Of a DNA stretch of 32,000 nucleotides, positions 9,150-15,813 are shown piece by piece. Position 1 is the stretch's first letter, and each line of letters opens with the position of its first letter. Both the position numbers and the translations under genes were made by a program. The notes under the pieces are model-generated. The model worked only from the letters and a program-made list of their open reading frames with translations. It ran no database searches and was not told the origin of the DNA. The stretch spans positions 18,577 through 50,576 of the forward strand of contig NZ_LGHJ01000028.1 of NCBI RefSeq assembly GCF_001306055.1, given 5' to 3'. This DNA is from Bellilinea caldifistulae (GTDB taxonomy: Bacteria; Chloroflexota; Anaerolineae; Anaerolineales; Anaerolineaceae).

Positions 9150-10844
9150 TCATTTTGTAGATGGTAGTATTTTTTCAAGTAGGCTTTTTGAGCGTTCATG
9201 AGCAACAATAATCAGATAGGTTCGAGCGCGTGAACAGGCAACGTATAGAATCTCATTGATCCAATATGCATCACTGTCTTCAAGCCCGGTCAAAATAACG
9301 ACCCGATTTTCCAAACCCTTGAAACGCGAAGTACTGCTGACGCGAATATCAATGTGACGAGAGGTTTTATCACTCCACTCCCGAAGGATGAAATTTCCCA
9401 ACTTCCTCCCAGGATTGAATATGGTATGTTCTGGTGCCCGCGTGGTCAGCAATGTGATATGTCTTGGCTCTACCTTTTCGGTATTTACCAGACGATCTAA
9501 AGATTTTCTAACAATTTCTTCTTGTTGGGCCGAATTAGAGAAGAAATACACTTCGGGAGAGAGACCTACTGGACCATAACACACAAGTTCGTTTGAAGCA
9601 GTATGAAATTCTTTAACCACATTATGGATAGACTGGGTATTCCGGCAGTTCTCATTCAAAATAAACGGGGGGATCTTCAACCAATTATCCAGATCTTTGA
9701 GACGATGATAGATATTCTGATTATTATCATAGAAGACATAGAAGATACCCTTCTCACCGTCATGAAGAGCCATCATTAGAGTTTTAAGCCATTCTATATG
9801 AAAGTCTTGTCCTTCATCTACAATAATGGCATCATATTGAGTTCCTAAATTCTCTAAAGCCTCCAAAAGCATTTCGGGTAAGACATTATTATAGTAATCC
9901 TCATCATTTAGAAAAGAACGATAACCCAATCCAGCATCCTTCGCCAATTTTGTGCATAGTCCATGAAAATGAAATACATCAACTTCTTGTGGCGCAACTT
10001 CTCGTAAGTATTCAGCTAGAGGTACATTAAAACAGACCAGTAACGTTGCAAAGCCCTGTTCTGATAATTGGCGTGCTTTTTCCAAAGCCAGCATGGTTTT
10101 TCCAGAGCCTGCACATCCTTCGATGAGTGCACGTCGTTGCCGTTGGATGAATTGCAACAGAGCCATTTGTTGTTCGGTTAATTCAATAATTTTTTGCTCC
10201 TCATATTCAAGTTGTACGCCCATTGGGGTACTCAGCGTAATAGAATTTGCAAGAAAAGACTCAAGAATCTCAATCCCTTGTTTTCCCAACGCGCCGAATT
10301 TATTTCCATCTCTATGGAACCAGTCAAAAGTCTGTTCAATTTTATCTAACAGGTTTCTTAGATCCACCGCATCTATTATCAGTTCACGTGACAGGTCCGG
10401 ACGTATGAGAATTTTTTCGGCGATTACATCTGGAAATACAACCGAATAAGCAATATTGATATAACGATTTCCCCAAGAGGGTAATTCTCTTAACTTGGAA
10501 ATCATAGCCCCCTTGCTTCTTCGGAGTTGATTTACAGGGTCTTTGATAGGATGCTCTTGTCCATAACGATCTTTGCTATACCATTGCTGAAGATTGGCAT
10601 CATAATGGATCTGTCCCCCTTTTACTTCTAAAATCAAAATACCTTTATTGGGGTGGGCAATAATAAAATCTGCTTCTCCGTCTTCTACACCTTGTTGAAG
10701 ACTACGTATTTGCCAGGCCACGTGGTAGAACACGGTGTAATTATCGGGTAAGGTGGATAAGGCCGCGTAAACCTTCTTTTCTGCCGATAGCTTTTCATCT
10801 TTCAGTGCCCATTCAGGGAAGTGCTGAGGGTACATTCTTGCCAT
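9150..10844 (-). CDS. NERD-domain / SF1 (UvrD-RecD-like) helicase
   Basis: ORF 9150..10931, trimmed to MARMYPQHFPE at 10844. NERD-like signature: EADFIIAHPNKGILILEVKGG. Walker A: EGCAGSGKT. Walker B: AIIVDEGQDF. C-terminal SF1 motif: ILYVACSRARTYLIIV. About 35-38% GC on sampled lines, well below neighbouring genes. Confidence 0.85.
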   Translation of the reverse strand: MARMYPQHFPEWALKDEKLSAEKKVYAALSTLPDNYTVFYHVAWQIRSLQQGVEDGEADFIIAHPNKGILILEVKGGQIHYDANLQQWYSKDRYGQEHPIKDPVNQLRRSKGAMISKLRELPSWGNRYINIAYSVVFPDVIAEKILIRPDLSRELIIDAVDLRNLLDKIEQTFDWFHRDGNKFGALGKQGIEILESFLANSITLSTPMGVQLEYEEQKIIELTEQQMALLQFIQRQRRALIEGCAGSGKTMLALEKARQLSEQGFATLLVCFNVPLAEYLREVAPQEVDVFHFHGLCTKLAKDAGLGYRSFLNDEDYYNNVLPEMLLEALENLGTQYDAIIVDEGQDFHIEWLKTLMMALHDGEKGIFYVFYDNNQNIYHRLKDLDNWLKIPPFILNENCRNTQSIHNVVKEFHTASNELVCYGPVGLSPEVYFFSNSAQQEEIVRKSLDRLVNTEKVEPRHITLLTTRAPEHTIFNPGRKLGNFILREWSDKTSRHIDIRVSSTSRFKGLENRVVILTGLEDSDAYWINEILYVACSRARTYLIIVAHERSKSLLEKILPSTK

Positions 10845-10911
10845 AAATAACCTGCGAGTCAAGGAATAGATTTTTGGAATAAGAATTTCGCTCAGGAAAG
10901 ACTGTATAGGC

Positions 10912-11047
10912 CAAAAACTCAGCCCGCGCATTTCGGTTCGCTTGCGCGGGCGGCAAAAGTTTGCTATGCTTGTTTTTGCCGCAACGCGCCTTCACCGCGT
11001 TGCCGTCTCAGCCTCGCCGATACCAGCGGTGGGGCTGAATTTGTCTT
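10912..11047 (-). ncRNA. Candidate structured 5' leader/attenuator or small RNA upstream of the helicase operon
   Basis: A GC-rich 115-nt island lies between two AT-rich genes and holds three perfect hairpins: 10981-11003 (8-bp stem GCAACGCG/CGCGTTGC), 10952-10980 (7-bp GGCAAAA/TTTTGCC) and 10922-10951 (9-bp GCCCGCGCA/TGCGCGGGC). On the minus strand the last hairpin is followed by TGAGTTTTTGG, which resembles an intrinsic terminator. Confidence 0.35.
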
Positions 11048-11054
11048 TCTAGAT

Positions 11055-11082
11055 AGTATATAGCAAAAGTTTATGCTTTCAA
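11055..11082 (-). promoter_or_regulatory. Putative sigma70-type promoter reading leftward toward the helicase operon
   Basis: On the minus strand this reads TTGAAA (11082-11077), a 16-nt spacer, then TATACT (11060-11055). It sits in the divergent intergenic region between the helicase operon and the integrase. Confidence 0.4.
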
Positions 11083-11144
11083 AGCCGTTTTGAGGTGGCA
11101 GAATCGGAATACCAAAAAATTACCACCAATTAACGGAGGACGCC

Positions 11145-12017
11145 ATGTTGTTTAGCACTGCAGTCAAACAATTTATCGAAGAACGGATTGCGATGCGATA
11201 TTCACCGCATACCATCCGGGATTATGGGGTCATCTATAAAAAATTTCTTGCTTGTGTGGGAGATGTGGATATTCGTACAATCAACAAACAAAACATCGTC
11301 CAGTTCATGGCTTCTCAATCGAAAATATCGGCAAAAACCCTGCGCAACTATCATGCCGACCTGTCAGCGTTATGGCAATGGGCTATCCAGCAAGGTATTT
11401 GTGATGAGAACCCGGTTCGCCAGATCAAAGCGCCAGTAGCGGAAAAGAAAACAATCTTACCTTTTTCCAAAATTGAGATATTTACAATTTTAGAGGCAGC
11501 AAACCACTCTTCCAATCCCTTCCAAAATCGAGCCATAATATTGCTGTTACTGGATACCGGAATACGGGCATCTGAATTATGCAACTTGACAATAAATGAC
11601 CTAAACAAAGCGACAAATCATATTTTGGTCTTTGGAAAGGGAAAGAAAGAGAGAAACATTCCGATCTCAAAAAATACTTCCAACGCGATTGAGGAATGCC
11701 TCTGGTACAGAAAATATACAACCGCTAATTCGCCACTATTCGCTAAAACCAATGGCAAACCTCTCGACCGAGTTTTACTAGGACGAATTCTAACAAGATT
11801 AGGAATGGACGCGGGGGTAAGTCATGTTTTTCCACATCGGTTCAGACACACATTTGCGATTCAATTTCTGAGAAACGGGGGAAATATATATTCACTTCAA
11901 AAGATTTTGGGACATTCAACTCTGGATATGGTGAAGAGATATTTGGCAATTGCCCAACACGATCTTGATCGTGACCATGAGATCGCCTCACCGGTAAATC
12001 ATTGGGGCTTAAGATAA
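11145..12017 (+). CDS. Tyrosine recombinase / phage-type integrase (XerC/D-like), 290 aa
   Basis: An N-terminal SAM-like core-binding domain, then the catalytic set: TGIRASEL (Arg), HRFRHTFA (H-x-x-R) and LGHSTLDMVKRYL (His...Tyr). GGAGGA RBS lies upstream. About 40% GC. Confidence 0.9.
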   Translation: MLFSTAVKQFIEERIAMRYSPHTIRDYGVIYKKFLACVGDVDIRTINKQNIVQFMASQSKISAKTLRNYHADLSALWQWAIQQGICDENPVRQIKAPVAEKKTILPFSKIEIFTILEAANHSSNPFQNRAIILLLLDTGIRASELCNLTINDLNKATNHILVFGKGKKERNIPISKNTSNAIEECLWYRKYTTANSPLFAKTNGKPLDRVLLGRILTRLGMDAGVSHVFPHRFRHTFAIQFLRNGGNIYSLQKILGHSTLDMVKRYLAIAQHDLDRDHEIASPVNHWGLR

Positions 12018-12055
12018 CTCAAATTCGAACTCCCGACTCACAGTTCACATCCGTG

Positions 12056-12170
12056 AGGTTCGGGGGTTCGACCCTCTCCGCGCCCACTCTACACCCCGCG
12101 ATGGGGTGTTTTTTTTACAGGTTCGGGCGTCCCCGCAAGGGGGATGCAATTCGACCCTCTCCGCGCACAC
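12056..12170 (+). repeat. Two direct copies of a tRNA/tmRNA-3'-end-like segment (putative att remnants)
   Basis: AGGTTCGGG (12056-12064 and 12119-12127) and TTCGACCCTCTCCGCGC (12067-12083 and 12150-12166) each occur twice. Copy 2 carries a 22-nt insert (CGTCCCCGCAAGGGGGATGCAA) that forms a GCAA-tetraloop hairpin. A TTCGA T-loop-like core is followed by an acceptor-like GC run and then CCA/ACA. Confidence 0.55.
12091..12116 (+). terminator. Rho-independent terminator downstream of the integrase
   Basis: ACACCCC-GCGAT-GGGGTGT hairpin followed by a run of 7 T. Confidence 0.7.
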
Positions 12171-12350
12171 CTGATACCCCACCACAGGTAGAGAACCAAT
12201 GGTTTAACTTTCCGTTCTTTCGTCACAAGCAACAGGTTAAAAAAGCCTGAATTTTCTTTTCAAACTTGAAAATAATCTTTACAAAGATGTTACGGAGTCC
12301 GTGGGAAAGACTTTTTATAATCTTTTTAAAGGTTGTGTGGAGGTAATGCT

Positions 12351-13559
12351 ATGCGCGAAAAAATCTTCATTGTAGATGACAATGAAGTCAGCCGTAAATT
12401 GGTGGGTGGGATACTCAAAAAAGAAGGATACGAGGTTTACGCTGCCGCCAGCGCCACCGAAGCCCTGGCAGCCATTCCCAATATCATGCCGGATCTGGTG
12501 ATTCTGGATGTGATGATGCCCGAAATGGACGGGTATCAGCTTTGCCGCCGGTTGAGGGATCGTTCGGACACCGCCCGACTACCGATCATCATTCTCACTT
12601 CACTCAATCAACTGGAAGAACGCCTAAAAGCCTTTGAAGCCGGCGCGGATGACTTCATTCCCAAACCGTTTCAACCGCAGGAGTTTCTGGCTCGGGTGCA
12701 GGTCGCCCTGCGGCGCTCTGGGTTTTACCTGCCCACACCGACCAAAACCGAAGCCAGTACAATTGCGGTATTTTCCTTACGCGGCGGCAGTGGCGTTTCT
12801 TCGATTACCGCCAATACGGCCATCGGGCTCAGCCAGTTGTGGAAGAAACCGGTTGTGCTGGTAGATCTGGCACTTGAAAACGGCATTTCCGCTCTGATGT
12901 TGGATTTGCCTCTGCGTCACAGTTGGGCGGAATTATCCAAAATCCACGCCGAAGAAATAGACAGTGAGGTGGTCTATCAAGTCCTTTTGAAGCACCCTAG
13001 CGGCGCCAATGTGCTGGCAGCCCCGCGCCGCCCTTACGAGGCTGAGTTGTTGAACGCCGATCAGGTCAAACAGGTGCTGACTTTGCTTTCCCAACAAAAC
13101 GAATACCTTGTGATTGACCTGCCCCACAATTTTGCAGAAACGACTCTGGCGGCTTTGGACCAGGCCGATTTGATCCTGCTGGTGCTTTCCCCGGAACTGG
13201 CATCGGTGCAATGTGCCAGCATTGCGCTGGATGTGTTTTCCAAAATCGGTTATCCGCCCGAAAAAGTCAAACTGGTCTTGAACTGGACTTTCAAAGGCAA
13301 AGGACTGCCCAGAGAAGAGATTGAAAAGGTTCTCCAAAAACGAATCGAGATTGTCTTGCCCTTCGCCGGAGATGAGCTGATCAACGCGCTGACGTTGGGT
13401 AAGCCACCCGTTTATGAAGCGCCGGAAAGCGCTTTGGGCGGCTTGTTTGAAGATTTTGCCTTTTACTGGAGCAAACCCGAACACAAGAAAAATCCGCCCA
13501 AGCCGTATTCCGAAGCGCTGATCCGCGTTCAAAAGCGGATGAAAGCCAGAAAGAAATAA
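12351..13559 (+). CDS. Response-regulator receiver domain fused to a CpaE/TadZ-like (MinD/ParA-family) domain with a degenerate Walker A
   Basis: The ATG at 12351 is preceded by GGAGG (12339-12343). REC motifs: IFIVDDN, DLVILDVMMPEMDG, PIIILTS, KPF. The C-terminal ParA/MinD-like fold has SLRGGSGVSS where KGGxGKT/S is expected. Confidence 0.8.
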   Translation: MREKIFIVDDNEVSRKLVGGILKKEGYEVYAAASATEALAAIPNIMPDLVILDVMMPEMDGYQLCRRLRDRSDTARLPIIILTSLNQLEERLKAFEAGADDFIPKPFQPQEFLARVQVALRRSGFYLPTPTKTEASTIAVFSLRGGSGVSSITANTAIGLSQLWKKPVVLVDLALENGISALMLDLPLRHSWAELSKIHAEEIDSEVVYQVLLKHPSGANVLAAPRRPYEAELLNADQVKQVLTLLSQQNEYLVIDLPHNFAETTLAALDQADLILLVLSPELASVQCASIALDVFSKIGYPPEKVKLVLNWTFKGKGLPREEIEKVLQKRIEIVLPFAGDELINALTLGKPPVYEAPESALGGLFEDFAFYWSKPEHKKNPPKPYSEALIRVQKRMKARKK

Positions 13560-13574
13560 AACACCGGAGGGCGA

Positions 13575-14312
13575 ATGATGGAAAAAAGAATTCAAGAGTC
13601 GGGACAGGGATTGTTGGAATATGCATTGATTCTGGTGCTGGCGGCAGTTGCACTGGTGCTGATTTTGCAGCTATTTGGGATTTCCCTGCGGGATGTCTAC
13701 TGCGCTGTCGTCAGCATCTTTTCCGACAGCGGAACTTGCGCTGTTTCCGCCAAACCCGCCGTAATTTGCGAAGATGACTTTACCCAGGGATTGAGCGGCT
13801 GGCAAAATAATTTTGGGAACACCAACATACAAGGGGGCAACTTTTGCTGGAACGGAGCCACCCAAACCTTCAACCAATGTTCGATGAAGCAGGAATTAAA
13901 AGACTATGTCATCCACCTGGAAGATGTGGTCATTGGCCAAGGGCCGGGATTTGGTGTGTTTTTCAGAACAACCTTTGGGCAGCAAGGCGCGTCGGGGTAC
14001 ATTTTTCAATACGACCCCGGTATGAAGAATTACGGATCACCCAATGGCTCCTTCCTCATCCGCCGCTGGATGAACGGCAAAGAAATTTGGAAACCGATAG
14101 CCGAAACAACTATTCCGCCTGATTTTGCGCTTTACAAAACCCCCCATGATATAGACATCGTTGTCAGCGGCGCGAATTTTACTGTTCTGGTGGACGGGAA
14201 AAAAGTTTTGGAAGTTACCGATCATGTGTATAAAGATGGCGGGGCAGGTTTTCGTTCGTGGGGCAATACCACCGCCTGTACCTCGCACTTTTCCATCTTT
14301 GAAGTGAAGTAG
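13575..14312 (+). CDS. Flp/Fap-type prepilin-like leader fused to a ~180-aa concanavalin/LamG (DUF1080-like) domain
   Basis: The N-terminus ESGQGLLEYALILVLAAVALVLIL matches the Flp pilin G/xxxxEY processing motif plus a hydrophobic helix. The C-terminus (GFGVFFRTT...GYIFQYDP...VLVDGKKVLEVTD...GAGFRSWG) resembles a lectin-like jelly roll. GGAGG RBS. Confidence 0.7.
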   Translation: MMEKRIQESGQGLLEYALILVLAAVALVLILQLFGISLRDVYCAVVSIFSDSGTCAVSAKPAVICEDDFTQGLSGWQNNFGNTNIQGGNFCWNGATQTFNQCSMKQELKDYVIHLEDVVIGQGPGFGVFFRTTFGQQGASGYIFQYDPGMKNYGSPNGSFLIRRWMNGKEIWKPIAETTIPPDFALYKTPHDIDIVVSGANFTVLVDGKKVLEVTDHVYKDGGAGFRSWGNTTACTSHFSIFEVK

Positions 14313-14337
14313 CTAGCGGCAGGTTCAGGAGGTTGGA

Positions 14338-14766
14338 ATGAATTTTGAACAATCACCCTCATTGAAAGATTTCCAAAACGGGCTGCGGGAAGACCTGCCC
14401 TCAAAAAAGCGGTTAACCCCCCAGCAGGTGATTATTTTGCTGCTGCTGGTGACGGTCATTGCACTGGCAGCCCTGGTTTGGGCGCGCTCCGACAGCGCTC
14501 AGCTGGTGCGCGGGGCCGGCAGTGTCAAGGGCTACGTGGTGGATGATCGCGGGCAGCCTTTTCAGGGAGAAATTTACATTCTCGGCACAGAAGTTACCGG
14601 CATTACCGACACCAACGGCTTCTTCCAGGTGGACGGTGTGCCCGCCGGAAAACAGTATTTGATCGTAGCCGACCAACGCATCGGGCATGAGTTTCAGATT
14701 GCGGTTTTACCGGGTGAAATTCTGGATGTCGGTACGCTCCAATTTGTTTCAACCGCGACACCGTGA
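14338..14766 (+). CDS. Membrane-anchored carboxypeptidase-regulatory-like (CarboxypepD_reg) domain protein
   Basis: AGGAGG RBS. A single TM helix (VIILLLLVTVIALAALVW) is followed by GYVVDDRGQPFQGEIYILG...TDTNGFFQVDGVPAGKQYLIV. Confidence 0.7.
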   Translation: MNFEQSPSLKDFQNGLREDLPSKKRLTPQQVIILLLLVTVIALAALVWARSDSAQLVRGAGSVKGYVVDDRGQPFQGEIYILGTEVTGITDTNGFFQVDGVPAGKQYLIVADQRIGHEFQIAVLPGEILDVGTLQFVSTATP

Positions 14767-14769
14767 GAA

Positions 14770-15717
14770 ATGGACAAATTCAGGAGAACGTTAATGATTT
14801 TCCAGGAACTTAGAAAACGACTGGCGCTTCAATATGCCCTGACCGGTTTTGCAATCGGCTGCCTCTTCCCTGTTTTTGCAATCTTGCTGGAATTGATCGC
14901 GCGCGGCAACTTCAACGGATGGTTTTCGGTCGTTGAGTTATTTTCAGGCAGCCGGATCATCTGGGTAGTCGCCTCTGCGCCGCTAGTCATGGGTGTGGTG
15001 TTTTATTTACTGGGCAGGCAGAAAGAAGCCCTCCTGTTCGTTAACCAGAAGCTGGAAAGCGCGGTCAACGAACGGGTTGGTAAGCTGGATCAGGCCTATA
15101 AAACCCAGTTTATCTTAAATCAGTTATTACAGATTTCATTACAGAATCTGCCGCTCAAAGAAACGCTGACCCAATCGCTGGATTTGATTCTGGAATTGCC
15201 GATTCTTTCTTCAGCAAAGCAGGCCGGCATCTTTTTATATGACAGGCCCACCAACAGCCTAAAAATTGTCGCCGAACGCTACCTTGACCCGAATGCGGGG
15301 CAATTCTGCCGGTTGGTGCCGGATGGCTACTGCCGCTGCGGGGCAGCCATGCGCAATAACGCCATCCAGTTTGTAACCTGCCAGAACGAAATCAGTTCCA
15401 TACAGCGCGATCAGTTTCACGGCAACCTGTATGTTCCCATCGAAGTGGATGGTCAACTGGAAGCCGTGCTGGCCGTGTACATTGACGAAAACACGGTCAA
15501 CGATGAGGCCTGGAATCCACTCGATCTCGAGTCGGTCGCCGGTGATCTGGCTACGATTTTGAAAAACAGGATTAATGAGGAAAAATTACGCCTCCACAGC
15601 GTCATCCTCAATCACATCACTAACGCCGTTCTGCTTGCCGATCCTCAGGATCGGGTGGTCTGGGTCAACCCGGCTTATACTGAATTGACCGGCTACACAC
15701 CCGACGAGGTGATTTGA
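14770..15717 (+). CDS. Sensor kinase N-terminal fragment: TM helices + GAF + first half of a PAS domain, ending at an in-frame TGA
   Basis: Two or three hydrophobic helices, a GAF-like region, then LHSVILNHITNAVLLADPQDRVVWVNPAYTELTGYTPDEVI followed by TGA at 15715-15717. Same reading frame as ORF 15814..17904. Confidence 0.75.
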   Translation: MDKFRRTLMIFQELRKRLALQYALTGFAIGCLFPVFAILLELIARGNFNGWFSVVELFSGSRIIWVVASAPLVMGVVFYLLGRQKEALLFVNQKLESAVNERVGKLDQAYKTQFILNQLLQISLQNLPLKETLTQSLDLILELPILSSAKQAGIFLYDRPTNSLKIVAERYLDPNAGQFCRLVPDGYCRCGAAMRNNAIQFVTCQNEISSIQRDQFHGNLYVPIEVDGQLEAVLAVYIDENTVNDEAWNPLDLESVAGDLATILKNRINEEKLRLHSVILNHITNAVLLADPQDRVVWVNPAYTELTGYTPDEVI

Positions 15718-15813
15718 AAGAAGCTGGGTTTCTCCCGCTCCGGTGCACATGACGACGAATTTTACCTCCAGATTCGCGAACAGGTATTAAAGGGCGAACT
15801 CTGGCAGGGAGAG

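Noticed and set aside
1-10844. Calling the left operon BREX (type 1 or 3), DISARM or type III R-M.
   Set aside because: No PglZ, BrxL/Lon, BrxA/B, DrmB (DUF1998), PLD nuclease or Res subunit is recognisable in the window. The ATPase N-terminus does not match my recollection of BrxC or DUF499 openings. Genes beyond position 1 are unseen, so the classification stays open rather than asserted.
10845-10931. Longer helicase start (MRGLSFWPIQSF...) from the track.
   Set aside because: The extension runs into the GC-rich hairpin/terminator-like structure and has no RBS. NERD proteins usually start close to the MARMYPQHFPE-type sequence. The call is kept at 10844, and the true start remains uncertain.
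12040-12090. A complete tRNA gene ending at ...TCCGCGCCCA (12087).
   Set aside because: I could not build a cloverleaf. There is no complementary 5' acceptor strand about 70 nt upstream, and the would-be T-stem needs two G-U pairs. I treat it as a 3'-end fragment or att remnant only.
15715-15717. TGA read as glycine (genetic code 25) or selenocysteine rather than stop, because it falls exactly where PAS domains have Gly.
   Set aside because: TGA clearly ends several well-delimited genes in this window: helicase at 9150-9152, csm5 at 26617-26619, csm4 at 27761-27763, csx15 at 24940-24942 and the kinase at 17902-17904. Some of these sit in ATGA start/stop overlaps. Gly, not Cys/Sec, is the expected residue, and I see no obvious SECIS-like hairpin immediately downstream.
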